Positions 1 through 12,664 of a stretch of 50,541 nt of DNA are shown piece by piece. The translations under genes were made by a program, and so were the position numbers. The DNA comes from Catajapyx aquilonaris (lineage: Eukaryota). Each line of letters opens with the position of its first letter. Position 1 is the first letter of the stretch. The notes under the pieces are model-generated. The model ran no database searches and was not told the DNA's origin. It worked only from the letters and a program-made list of their open reading frames with translations. The DNA lies in NCBI GenBank assembly GCA_000934665.2, contig KZ538730.1, forward strand, positions 1 to 50,541. The letters are read 5' to 3'.

Positions 1-173
1 TACAAGGGCATGCCACACTTCTCCTGTGGCGCGGGGGAGCGCCTGTCTGTGATTGGCCGGATAGAAGAGCCATGTTCCTCTGGCCAGACGTTTGTAATTC
101 CCAGGAGGAGATAAAAATTATTAATTGTTGGTCCAGGTTTGGTTACCATGTGAAACTGAAAATTTATTTATAA

Positions 174-483
174 CTAGCAGGTTACCCGGCGTTGCCCGGG
201 TATGTTATGGTGGTAGGCCTACAATGTAATGAGGGCATTACCATGGAAATCTATGAATATTGTTAAATAGGTAATTGGCAATTGGTTAATTGGGAATATG
301 CGTGTTATGGGTGTTGGGTTCATTTTCGGAAGCTGAAACATGCGGCATTAAATTCCTTGAAAAATGTAACTCCCGATATGCTCGTTTAAGGCGGTGTAAT
401 GGCCTTCCCTCGGATTTCTATAAGGGACAAACAAACTGACAAATTGACAAACTGACAAACTTCCTTATTTATAGAGATAGAGA
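174..483 (-). mobile_element. Non-autonomous Helitron-type element, family H2
   Basis: Minus strand: A|TC start, subterminal GTTT/GTCA microsatellite, 3' hairpin CCCGGGCAACGCCGGG (185-200), then CTAG|T; no TSD. Confidence 0.75.
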
Positions 484-1119
484 TTATTTTTTGATTAAAT
501 TTTGCAATTATGTTCAGCTTCTAGACACAGCGTCTATTTTTACAGGCATCTCATGCCACGTTCAATTCCTTCAAATAGAAGCAACACTATGTGGTGTTGA
601 CTGTTATTCTCAGGTATGTTCAATTTACTTCTGGACTTGGGACAATTTCGCACCTTCCCCACTTCAGCCATCAGACATAACTCAATTTCCGTCCAAAATT
701 GGATAAGTGGATGACCCTACCCACATTTCGTAGCTCGGTGTTCTATATACAGAAGTCCCAGAATAAAAACTATAGTTAAACTCATCAGATGTGATCCAAC
801 CTCAAACTCTAGTCGTCGCTATAATTCTATCATGAGGCGGAGAGACTAACGGTTTCTCAATAAAATTGGAAACATTCGCTCTATTTCCAGCGATAGACGG
901 CGTTAGCCCCGGAAAAAAATACTAGAGTAATAGGCACCCTTCAAAAGGGGCGATTTCATTCCGGAACCAGCCATGCGATAATCTCAGATCGAACATTATG
1001 AGATTCATGTGTGGTCATTCGGAAAATTGGGCCGGACCTTATATTTTATGTCACGGGATTCATCTGGTAGGTTTTTGGCTCATTTGGAATGTGATTAGAT
1101 TCTTATGGGATGGTATTAT

Positions 1120-2070
1120 TGTTAAAATTTTAATGAGAATTTTTCTATTACTACGGATTTATTAAATAAATTAAAATAGCATAATTATTAGACACGCCCT
1201 CCCCCCACGGTCAGTGCCATCCAGGTGCCATCTTTGGACAGAAATCTCGCGCTAACACCAGAGTCACAGCCAATCTACCGCCCAACTTCCAGCTCCACTT
1301 ACTAAATATTTTAAGGAGCATTTATTTATTACTATCCACATTTTAAATCCCATTATGAAATATAATATGTAATTAAAATAATTAGACACGCCCAATTCCC
1401 CCCTCACAATTCCCACCAGCGCCATCTCTAAACAGAAATCTCGCACTAACACCAGAGCCACCAGACCAAGTGTCCGATTGTCATGGACTGCTGGTACAGC
1501 CCCCGAACACTTCCCCTACAATCTTATCTTATCGCCTGCCGGGGCGTTTTGCACGAGGTGCTCACCTGAGAGCGCCATGAGACCTTTCACGGAGCTATTA
1601 TGTGGCGACCCCACCGGACTACGCTACGCTGAACTTTATAGGTACAAAAGGGAAACGCTACATGCGGGCCAAACATGGCCGCCGGAGACCATGTTGGGTC
1701 CCCCAATGTAGCGCTTCCCTTTTGTAGGCTACCTATAAAGTTCAGCGTAGTCCGGTAGGGTCGACACATACTGTACTAGCTTCGTGAAAGGTCTCATGGC
1801 GCTCTCAGGTGAGCACCTCATGCAGGCGATAAGAGCAGGGAGTGTCCAGACCTTCGTATTCTAAGACCAGGGACTGGTATAAAATTGTTACAAAATTTAA
1901 GTAGATTTTATTGTTACTACCCACATTTTTATCACATTTTGAAGATTAATATTATAAAATAATTATTAGCCCCCCCCCCTCATGGCCAGCGACATCTCTG
2001 GACAGAACCCTCGCACTAACATCCGAGTCACTGCCATCTACCGGCCAAATCTCGGTTACACTTAATAAAA
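1120..2070 (+). repeat. Three copies of a roughly 185-bp unit (about 1120-1305, 1310-1465, 1890-2070)
   Basis: Shared core GCCATCT(C/T)TGGACAGAAATCTCGCACTAACACCAGAG. Confidence 0.75.
1527..1834. mobile_element. Foldback/palindromic MITE-like element (about 310 bp)
   Basis: Arms are reverse complements, e.g. GAGGTGCTCACCTGAGAGCGCCATGAGACCTTTCACG vs CGTGAAAGGTCTCATGGCGCTCTCAGGTGAGCACCTC; TSD not resolved. Confidence 0.75.
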
Positions 2071-2689
2071 GCCGATTGAAATGCGGGCAAAGCGTCATAA
2101 TTCTTGTTTTCCCTGGCGCAGTGCAAGCGCCCGTAATTTGTCCCGGTGTCCGGATAACTTATCAGTGGGCAAGGGGGAGGAATCCGGGTGGATGGGGGAG
2201 AGGGGAGGGAAAATCAATGGTCCCAATTAATGTTCCGGTGAGACCAACCGAAGTCCCCGTTTGACAGATGGTTTTGGTCGCAACGGTTGGTCTGCTCGAC
2301 CATTTTTTTGTGTGGAAACTGCTGAGTACAAAGACATGCATGGTCATTGGATAGGGTGAGTTGAGTACACATACACACAGACAAAAGTGCGTTAATGGAT
2401 AGAATGGAAAGGCACTCGACTATAAACCTCCGGATACGCGAGGTACTCGTACTGGCGCAATTTTAAACACAGAGAAAATTGTTACATCGGACACACACAC
2501 ACACAAAAAAAAAGAGGGGGGGTTGTGGTACTTGATTTACGTAATGGCGGTCCTTAAAGGTGATTTACGTTGCTGGTTTGCGTCAAAATGGTGCGTGCTG
2601 CCGTCGGGTATGCGGTAAAGCTGAGTAGATATATTGGGCCAGTTTCGGTATTAATCAGCCACATTTAGAGGCGATGTTGAGCTAAATAA

Positions 2690-4240
2690 TTAATGGTTTT
2701 GGCAATTTAGGGAGCACTTAAAATTCGAAATATGCAGCCATTTTGTGGAATTTGATTAGTATTGGGCGACCATCTTGCTACTCTATAGTCGGCTGGGATG
2801 GGGGCGGCCATCTTGTGCCTCCGGACATTTAAATTTTATTTATTTGTTAGTTTTAACCATGATCATTACAAATGTGGATTTGGAAATTTATGGACCACTT
2901 AAAATCCACAATATGCTGCCAATTTGTGGGATTTTATGAGTATTAAGCAGCCATCTTGCTCCCCTGTGGTTGGGCGCGGCCATCTTGTGCCTCCTACGTT
3001 CAATTTTCATTCTAATTTTATTTATTTGTGAGTTTTAACCTAGTGTTTCTTACATATGTAGAGTTTGGCAATATACCGACCACTTAAAATGCAGTATTGG
3101 GCGGCCATCTTGCTGCTCTGTGGTCGGCTGCGTTGTGCGCGGCCATCTTGTGCCTCCGACATTTTAACGTTATTTATTTGTTAATTTTAGCCTCGCGTTT
3201 CTTACGAACGTGGAATTTGTGTGTCAGCAAGAATTTTCCTCACTAAAAATGCTTAAAATGAGGGAAAATGCATAATCAGCATTCTTTATACGGCATTGAG
3301 CAATAAAGAACCCATCCTTAAAGTGCTAATCCTCGAAAATAGTTATCCCTTTGATTCCATAGAGAGCCTGGAGAGCCGGGGAATTGCAAAACGTCAGCGA
3401 AAACAAATTATGGAACCCTTTCAGCTCGAAATGGCCTTTGTTATTGGAGTGGACTTGGCTTTTGTTTTCAGCTCGTCGAAAAAAAATATATATTCTACCT
3501 GCTCGTATATATACAGAGGGGGACGTGAGGGGGTTAAAGCCACGGTGATTTATGTTCTCTCTGAAACAAGGGGCAGGTAGCCAAATGCAAGTGACGGCAA
3601 GTCCAAACCGTCGTTTGCACAACGCCCAACCGCTGGAAATTCCCTAACGCGACATGGACCAGCCCGTGCACTTGTGGCTTTTTAGAATTCCAGGAGGTAG
3701 CGAATCTCTATTTTTTGAGGGGTTTTTGGGGAGGGCCTTAAAGTGGTGTCAGGTTACACAAAGGAAAAGCTTTAAAGTTTAACTTCTCACTTTTCAGTAA
3801 AAGTTGTGAGAGTGGAGAGTCTTGCAACAACAAGGTGTGAATATGTGAAGATCGAGTTCAAACAGTAGTGGGTCCACCCAAGAACTGTCCACAAAAGTGT
3901 TAAGAATGTGGACACTGGTTTAGCCATTGATAAAATCCAAAGTAATCAGCCGTTTTGTGGAATTTGATTAGATTTGGGTGGCCATCTTGCTCCTCTACAT
4001 TAGCCTGGATGGGCGCGGCCATCTTGTGCCTCCTACATTCAATTTTTAATTCTAATTTTATCTATTTGTTAATATTTAACCTGGTGAAATGTCGAAATTT
4101 GGCAATTTATATAGACCCCTTAAAATATGTAGCCGTTTTGTGGAATTTGAGCAGCATTGGGCAGCCATCTTGCTCCTCTATGGTAGGCTGTGATGGGGGC
4201 GGCCATCTTGCGTCTCCTACATTCAATTTCATTTTTTAAA
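2690..4240 (+). repeat. Degenerate roughly 180-bp tandem units (about 3 at 2690-3200, 2 at 3920-4240) rich in GCCATCTTG
   Basis: Unit core TTGTGGAATTTGA..GCCATCTTGCTCCTCT..GCGGCCATCTTGTGCCTCC. Confidence 0.8.
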
Positions 4241-4757
4241 TACTATTTTAAATTTTTTAACCTCGTTTTTTTCCAAGTGCTGAATTTGACCAATGTAGAC
4301 ACTGGATGGACAAACTACGTATTGACATTATAACTACCCATTGTCTTTTGAGCCAACTTCTTGTGTCTTTGGCTTTAACATGGAGGCTCTCTCGGGCTGT
4401 GAGGCTCCTTGGCAGATTAATCCCAGCGACGAGTGTTGCCACTCAATCCGACAAAAGGGTTTTCCTGGAGGAGGAAACGCGGCTGTCGGGGATTAGTGGG
4501 TAGTACTAGTGGTGACTTGGGATGTCCCCAAGGAGGATATGCCACTTGCTAGTGACGTCAAAGAGTCGAGTGGATGTCGACTCAACTTTTCTATAAGATA
4601 AAAATCATGTCCATTAATACGTCTCTGTCATGTCGTTCTGGATAATTTAGGAAGGAGAAGCGTACGCCATCTACATGTTTCTTTCCCAACTATTTTTGGA
4701 AGATCTTTTTCCGATCAATTTTGATCTATAACATGTGTCTATTTCTATCTATTTCAG

Positions 4758-4886
4758 AACCTGCTCTTTTACTATGAATCAGAAGCCAGTACCAGACCTT
4801 CAGGCCTGGTTCTTCTAGAAGGCTGCTATTGCGACCGACTAATCACGACCGGAACCGGAAAGCAGAAGGATGGCTTCGACAAAGAG
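4758..4886 (+). CDS. RasGRF: RasGRF exon A (PH1): [43 protein letters not shown]
   Basis: atttcag|AAC...GAG|gtaaag; 129 nt, phase 0/0; missed by the ORF track. Confidence 0.93.
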
Positions 4887-7800
4887 GTAAAGTAACGTTG
4901 CATGGCGGCAAATCCAATCAACAGACAGTTTAATCCGTTTATGTCTCGGTCTAACCTCCGGAATCTCAAATATTTCTGGAACCCTCAAAGATTTTTCACA
5001 AAAAAACTTAAACTCAATTATTAGAGTTAAGTAACTGTTCTATCCCGGAAAACCGTTTTAACTAGGGGTTACCGGAACATGCTTTCGCTTCAAAAAATTG
5101 TACCTTGTAGTGACGTCAACTGCAGATGGGCCAAGGGGCAAAGGGAAAAAAATAGAGCCTTATTAGATCATTAACCCACTTCCTCTCTAACCCGAGGAAA
5201 CTTTTGGAGCCATAGGGACACTACGCCACTTGAATTTTCCATGGGCGAAAAGTTTCATTTCCCTAACCCAATTATGATGGAGCTGAGGCAGTTTTTCTTG
5301 TTGTCACCACTGCCACGACACCTCCAAAGAAGATAAGGCCTCGAGGGAAGAAGGGTCTCAGAGTGATTTGTGTGTATCGAGAGTGATGGTTAAATAGATA
5401 GTATCGAAAGTGGAGAAGACAGTTTTTTTTATCCAGTATAAAGTGGAAGAAGTGTTGATAACACAGGGTGTGGGTTAAATGGAATTTTAACACTAACACT
5501 ATTGTATGAGAGAATTAGCTATATGTTGCTTAAACACATACTGTAAGCCTACATACACTTCTATAATACTAGTTGCGGCACCCGGCGTTGCCCGGGAAGA
5601 AATGAATGAAGGGAAAACACCTGCCAGTACCCCCGTCAACTGTCTGTCTTTCAGTGTGTCCGCCCACCAATGCCATCTGTGGTCCTGCTACTCCAACACC
5701 TTGAACCTCTCCCGCCTGTATAACGGCAACCGTCATTTGCCTGCCTTCTGTAGTCAACCCCCAACACCTCCATCCTCTCCCGGCCAGGGGGTGGAGCACA
5801 GATGGCAGGCAAATGACGGTTGGCAGGCGGACAGACAGACTCACAAACGGCTTTATTTATATAGATTAAATCCTCCGTTGTTAATGTAAAGCTTCCGATT
5901 GTTCCCCGTTCTGCGCCGGCGCAATGGGAGGAACACAGCGCCTCTGCTGGGTGGGAAGGTGACATTGTGGCAGTTACGCGGGATTGAGGGAGAATAAAGA
6001 TTAAGGAATACATGATTCAGCTAATGGCTACTACATTTACAGTATTATATCTGTACTATCGGGTTCAAATAATTTTGGCCACTTTATCCTGGTCTTGAAG
6101 CAACCATTCGCACAGACCCCACGTTAAGGTGGTGTGTGTGAGCGAAGGGTTGCCTCAAGACCAGGATAAAGTGGCCAAAAGTATTAGAACCCGAAAGTAC
6201 ATGAAATGCAGTGAGAAATAAAGAGAAGGAAGGTACATGTGTTTTGGCAAGAGGTGTCCCTCGCTACGGGGGTCAAGTTGGGTGGGAAAATATTGTTTTA
6301 AGTAATTTTTAGAGATAATTTGGAGCGTGCTGTACCTTTCTGGCTGTTCTTTCTTCTGATCTTCGTCAAAGGTCTGGCCTCCGACATTGTTACACGGCTT
6401 GAGATCAAAGTTGGAGGGATGATTGTCAAAATTGACAGGCCCAGTCCAATATCCTACCATGAAACTTTATTTGAAACTGTTGTAAGATTGTGACATGTGT
6501 AGCAATTTTGCCATTTCCGCTTGGTCACCTTGTATCAAGTCTCACGTCATATTTTGTTTATCTGAAAATATTACATATACAATATTTTCAAGCATGATCG
6601 TTGGGTTGCATCATGGCAGGATGAAACAAAGACCAGAAGGTATCCTTTCCCACAAAAATGACGTGGAAAAGTTGACATCAGGCAATATCACGCCATGACA
6701 TCCCAAACTGGAAAGGGTTTAATTTCTGCGACCATATATGGCGAATCCAAATTAAACGTCGTCTGATTCCAGTTTTTTTTTCTCTCCAAATCTTAATGTG
6801 ACATTTAGAGGAGTGTCACACGGAAAGTTGATATCAAGTTAGAGTGACTCGCAATGCCAAAAGCCCAGGCCAAGCCTATTCCGCTCGAAAAGATTTAATT
6901 TCCAACTCGTCCGTACCCCGCACATCCGATTACACTTCCTCCATGTAAACGAACATTAATTAAGAAGGTAACTCCAACCTTCCGGTGGGCGAGAGAGAGA
7001 GAGAGAGAGAGAGGACCTGAAGGTCACAGGCTAATTCAATACTATCGGCAGGTAAACAACTCGAGACAATTGCAAGTTCCTTGGAAATGCAGGACCTGAA
7101 AATAGATCACCTCTGGAGGCCATACAAAGTGGAAATCAGGTTATGGATACTGCGCAGGCGCAATCAGGCATATCGAAATATATTCGAAAATATCGATATG
7201 TGAATTTTCAATTATGGAAAATCTGACTAAATTCTCCAGTAGCTGGTGTGCTTTTTTTCTTATAAGATCCAAGCGAAAGTCAGGTGTATCGAAAGGATCT
7301 CCAGCTCTTAAAAGGCCCGACTGTAATTTGTTTGTCAAACGTCGAACCAGCTCCTGCTGACGTTGCTCTTAATCATTGAGGGGATCAAATATTCAATCTT
7401 GGAAAGTTTGGAGACTGAGTTTGAACAGCAACAGGTTTCCTCTAGCTTTATACTCTAAAATGGAAGCACGTCGACCTCTGTTGGGAACCATTCTTGTTTC
7501 TATTCTCCAGCAGTTTTTCGCTTCTTTTCTTTTTCTTTCTGACGATGGTTTTTGCTGAGGCGAAGACATATTGTTCGAACGAAAAAAAGAGAGAAATATA
7601 CTTATTTCGGGCATTCAGGTTAGTCCCCTGACGGTTCCAGAACCGAACTCAAGAAATTGCGTTTTCGGAAGCTTCAAGACATCAGGAGGATGAAAAAAAA
7701 AAAAGTATGGTCGATTTTTTTTTCTTCTTCTTTTCTTACAAACTACTTTTGAAAGGTGGCTGTCATTCCATTATTTGGAGTTCTGATAACTTTTACTTTG

Positions 7801-10800
7801 TCGAGTTAATTTGGTGGCCTTATTGTGCGGTACGTTCATTTCATATTTTTGTTCATTTTATTTAACATCCCTATCTCATTTCCGGCATAGGGAATTGTGT
7901 GGTACGTTCTGGTCTCAAAATAATCCAGATGTGCGTATAGAATCTGATGAGAAATTCCTGGGGACTTTTATGAGAAGTGTGTTGGGAAACTGGCTTTCGA
8001 CAAGAATATTTTGCAAAAAAAAAAAAAATACATGAGGATGTCATAATAATTATATAATATTTTTAAAAATCCACATTGAAGACGTGATCATTATTTTATA
8101 CATGTAAGAGCATTAATGGCTTGTCTGCTCATTATTAAAACACTAAGTGCATTAATTATTTAAACACCTTGTTCATTATGTTAGGTATGAAAATCCATTA
8201 ACTTGCATAATTTGTATTTTCGTGACAAATTCATATTAAATATTATGAAAATTCATAATTTTATATAATTATGAAAATTGACAACAATTTTATATATGAA
8301 AATTCACAATAATTTTATATATGAAAATTCACAATAATTTTATATATGAAAATTCACAATAATTTTATATATGAAAATTCACAATAATTTTATATATGAA
8401 AATTCACAATAATTTTATATATGAAAATTCGAAATAATTTTATATAATATGAAAATTCACAATAATTACATACGGTATATGAAAATTCACAATAATTAGA
8501 TACGGTATATGAAAATTCACAATAATGATATATATGAATATTCACAATAATTATATATATGAAAATTCACAATAATTATATATGAATATTCACAATAATT
8601 ATATATATGAAAATTCACAATAATTATATATAAATTATGAAAGTGCATAATTATATATAATATGAAAGTGCATAATTTTATATAATATGAAAGGTCATAA
8701 TTTATATAATTATTACGAAAATTCATAATTTTATATAATTATGAAAAGTCATAATGTTTTACACGAAAATGTCAAAATTTATAAATGAAAATTCATAATG
8801 TTATAACTTACATAGATTAATAATTATTTCATAACGTACCGTACATGAAACTGTCAAAATTTCATAACGGAAAATATGACAAGTTTTCTGGGAGGGTTCC
8901 TCCAAAAAAAATTGTCACCCTATTTTGTTGTCAACCTTCTTCTGACAGTGAGATTTCGATTATCCGTCACTCCCCATATATATCCAGGTTGTTATTAGCA
9001 GCTCTATAGAGATGTATTATTAGAGGATGGGGTTGAAGTGGGGCTAGAGGTTGAAATATCTGGGATTGAAGAGTTAGAACCGATTTTACCTGGGGAGGCT
9101 TGACTGTCATGCCATTTAATCCGACGGAACTAACAGATGGGTTTCATGTCGCTTGGAAATCGGTGCTGGAGACAACCTGTCAACGGCATCGCTTTTGTGT
9201 GGCTGCTGGGTTATGCCGGTGGAGGATAATGCACAAATGGCGGGTGACAATGAGGGTATAGAGTGTGTGTCGAACAGGACGAGTAGTGTCACTCGTTGTA
9301 TTGAAAGCAGTGATAATTGAGCTATGTGCATTGGTAAAAATGGATATTTTTTTTTTAGGGAAGGGACCTCTCATTGGCGAATACTTTGAAGTGTTTTTTA
9401 TCCCTATTGCTGACATATGATTTTTATCGTGGGTCTGTGAACCTGCTGGAAGCTGTTTATGTTGCCGTATCTGTGCGGACGAACTGGGGGATTTGATATG
9501 ATTTTTTTTTGAAAAAAACAAAATTGGCTCTCTATAACGAAACGTCAGTGAGCAAAGCCAACTTTGAACATTTCAAGCGAACATTTTTTGGCCGTCATAT
9601 CTGGTGTAGGCCTACGGTCAGCATAACATTAACCATAATCTAAACGCAGCTTAAACTGTAAGTTATGTAGCCATTTTATACCCTGATGCCCGAGAAGTTA
9701 TTTATTGAGGGAAAAATAATGCAGAAATTTGGAATACTTACACCCAGGTAGCACACTTCGTCGGGCCGACGTCGGCAAATGACGCCGGGCCAATGTTGGG
9801 GAGCGATGTCGGGCCAATGTAAAACGGTTAACTTTTTGTCACATCGGGCCGACGTTGGCATCCGATGTTGGGCCGATGTTGGCATACAGTGCTGACCCGA
9901 TCTTCGGGGACATTTTTTAAAACATAAAAAGCATAATATGCAGAATTAATCATTACAATACTTAAATGTCTGAAATAAAATATCGAATGAAATACACAAA
10001 TGTTACATACCGGTAATTTAATTAAACCTATTACCATAGATTATTTCAACAAGTATATAATGTAATTGGTTAATACCCTACCACATTAGGTAATGAAATA
10101 TTGAATTAATTTACACTGTAATAAATAGAACACCACTCTGTAAAGGGGTGCTGAAAGAAATATTTGGATAAATATATTAATAATTAATAAACATATTAAT
10201 TGATATGGACAAACAAGTCAATGATAGGTTAAATAAAATTATATAATAGTGTTAAATGTGGTAAGTTAAAATTAAGCAGATTAATATAGTGCGATATAAC
10301 TTCTTAATTATTAATTATTATTAGCATTTACATTCGCTCAATTGCGTTTACCCTCTGACTTTTAATTGAGGACGACTTGTGACTCTTCAAAATCCAGACA
10401 CAAGAAGCTGACCTCTCTCCAGAATAATTAAACGTCAACAGAAACCCCTCGTCCCTACCATCCCAATTAACCCTCCCCCCCACCTTCCCCCTCTTGAAAT
10501 GTCATCTTATCTCCACTTCCCGTACGTCATCACGGGGAACCCCCGACCGTGAAACGCCCCCCCCCCCCCTCGGAATTAATTTCCTCTTCCAGCCACTCGT
10601 AATAATAGTAACACTAGACCCTCCTATGTAACCATCGAGGCCATTATATGTATGTAACTTATGTACATATATATGAATTAATACATACACATTTATATAC
10701 ATCCCTCCCCTCCTCTTTTCCAACTCTTCCATCCCACCCTCTGCTCCACCCCCCGACTCTTGAGATTGGTTACGTGGATGTTGGGTCGTCATGGTTACCA

Positions 10801-12614
10801 CACCTGGAAAAGGGGACTGGTCCATATTGGCTCTCAGGTGGGAGAGAGAGAGGGAGAGAGAGGGAGAGAGATGCTTGGGTTGGGGGGAGGGGGGATGTAT
10901 TTTTTTGTGGAGTCGAAATAGGGATGGATGATGAAAATGTATTGCGACAGTGCTTTTGATGTCTTCAAGGTGTCATTCAAGATGTCGAGGACATTCAGAT
11001 GATGTGTATGTATACGTATATTCAACAGGTGATGAGCCCAAATATTCGTGGCTACTAAGTTTAAACGTTGGTCAATATGAATACAACATGAACTCTCTAA
11101 AAATCTATAAAAGAAATCGAGTAAAATTTTCACTCCAAAAAGTGCTATCTTTGAGTGAATTTCATTCACTAAAATGAACTCTCTAAAAATCTGCAGAAAA
11201 TCGAGTGAAATTTTTCCCTCCAAAAAATGCTATTTTTGAGTGAATTTCATTCACTAAAATGAACTCTCTAAAAATCTTTTAAAAAATTGAGTAAAAGTTT
11301 CACCAAAAAAATGCTTTTTTTGAGTGGATTTCACTCCGGAATGATTTTACTTTAAGCCTAATCGAGTGTAAAATTACTGGAAAGAAGAGTGAAAATAAGT
11401 GGGAGACTACTCTTTAGTGAGAAGAACCTATTTCACTGAATTTGAGTGACATTATTACAAATTATGAGTGACAATTTTTCACTCAAATCGAGTAGGAGTC
11501 AAATCAAGTAGGCGAAAAAATGAAAATCACTCAATTTGAGTGAAAATCACTAAAATCGAGTAGGAGTCAAATGAAGTAGGCGAGTGACGAGTGAAATGAT
11601 GACTCATTCTGAGTGAAATGATTACTCTCATTCTGAATGAAAATCACTAAAATCGAGTAGGAGTCAAATGAAGAAAGCAAGATAGTGAAATGTTGACTCA
11701 TTCTGAGTGAAAATTATTCAAATCGAGTGGGAGTCAAATCAAGTAGACGAAAGCATGAAAATCACTTAATTTGAGTGAAATGATGAGTGAAAATCACTCA
11801 TATCGAGTAGGAGTCAAACGAAGTAAGCGAGATACGAGTGAAATGATGACTCATTCTGAGTGAAAATTATTCAAATCGAGTGGGAGTCAAATCAAGTTGG
11901 CGAAAGAGTGAAAATGACTAAATTTGAGTGAAATGATTACTCATTCTGAGTGAAAATTACTCGAATCGAGTGGGAGTCAAATCAATTAGGCGAGACAGTG
12001 AAAATGACTCAATTTGAGTGAAATTATGGCTCATTCTGAGTGAAAATCACTAAAATCGAGTAGGAGTCAAGGCGAAAGAGTTAAAATCACTCAAATCGAG
12101 TGAAAAAACACTCGATTTTTTTAGATCTTGAAACATTGAAGGGACGAACATTTTGTTATTTTTGCTTCTTCAGAGATTCGCTTTTACAGCGCACATGCAT
12201 GTAATGTATGCATACAGTGTAGCATAAATGTTGTTCTTAGCGCACGAACTATTCCAGAATGTGGTAAGACAACAATGCATAACTTTAAAGCTTCGTCTGT
12301 GGGTATAATTTCGCCCCAAAAAATTCTGTATAACTTGTCTATAAAAAGTCTGATTAGAACGATCCCAGTTTCGAAAAATCCCTTACCAAACATAGCCAAA
12401 TCGCTAAAATATTAGTATCGTCACGAGCTACTTTCCATTGTCCTCTTGATCCCTCATTGGCCATTCAACACTCTCAGCGGATGATTCAGCCCTAGAATGG
12501 TGTGTGAAACCGTCTCATCTCTCCCTTGTTTTGAAACCTTCCCCATTTTTGATCCTTCCATCCCTCGAGTGCATAAATGCATCACAATCAAGCATGCATG
12601 AGGGTTCAGGTGGG

Positions 12615-12664
<50 letters not shown>

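Noticed and set aside
491..706. 71-aa ORF containing a donor-like CAG|GTATGT, as a possible first RasGRF exon
   Set aside because: No resemblance to the expected N-terminal PH1 sequence (K/R-W-F-x-L-x-Q before NLLFY); the first exon is probably upstream of the window.
2062..2405. Possible Helentron/DINE-1-like element (terminal hairpin, CA-rich microsatellite, internal GACCAACCG/CGGTTGGTC hairpin)
   Set aside because: Boundaries and a second copy could not be established from this window.
4257..4503. Possible Penelope GIY-YIG remnant (ARESLHVK)
   Set aside because: A single short motif with no flanking GIY-YIG or RT signature.
5506..6013. ORFs of 91-127 aa, repeated at 30027-30653
   Set aside because: They arise from copies of the non-coding Helitron H1 family; frames are not preserved between copies.
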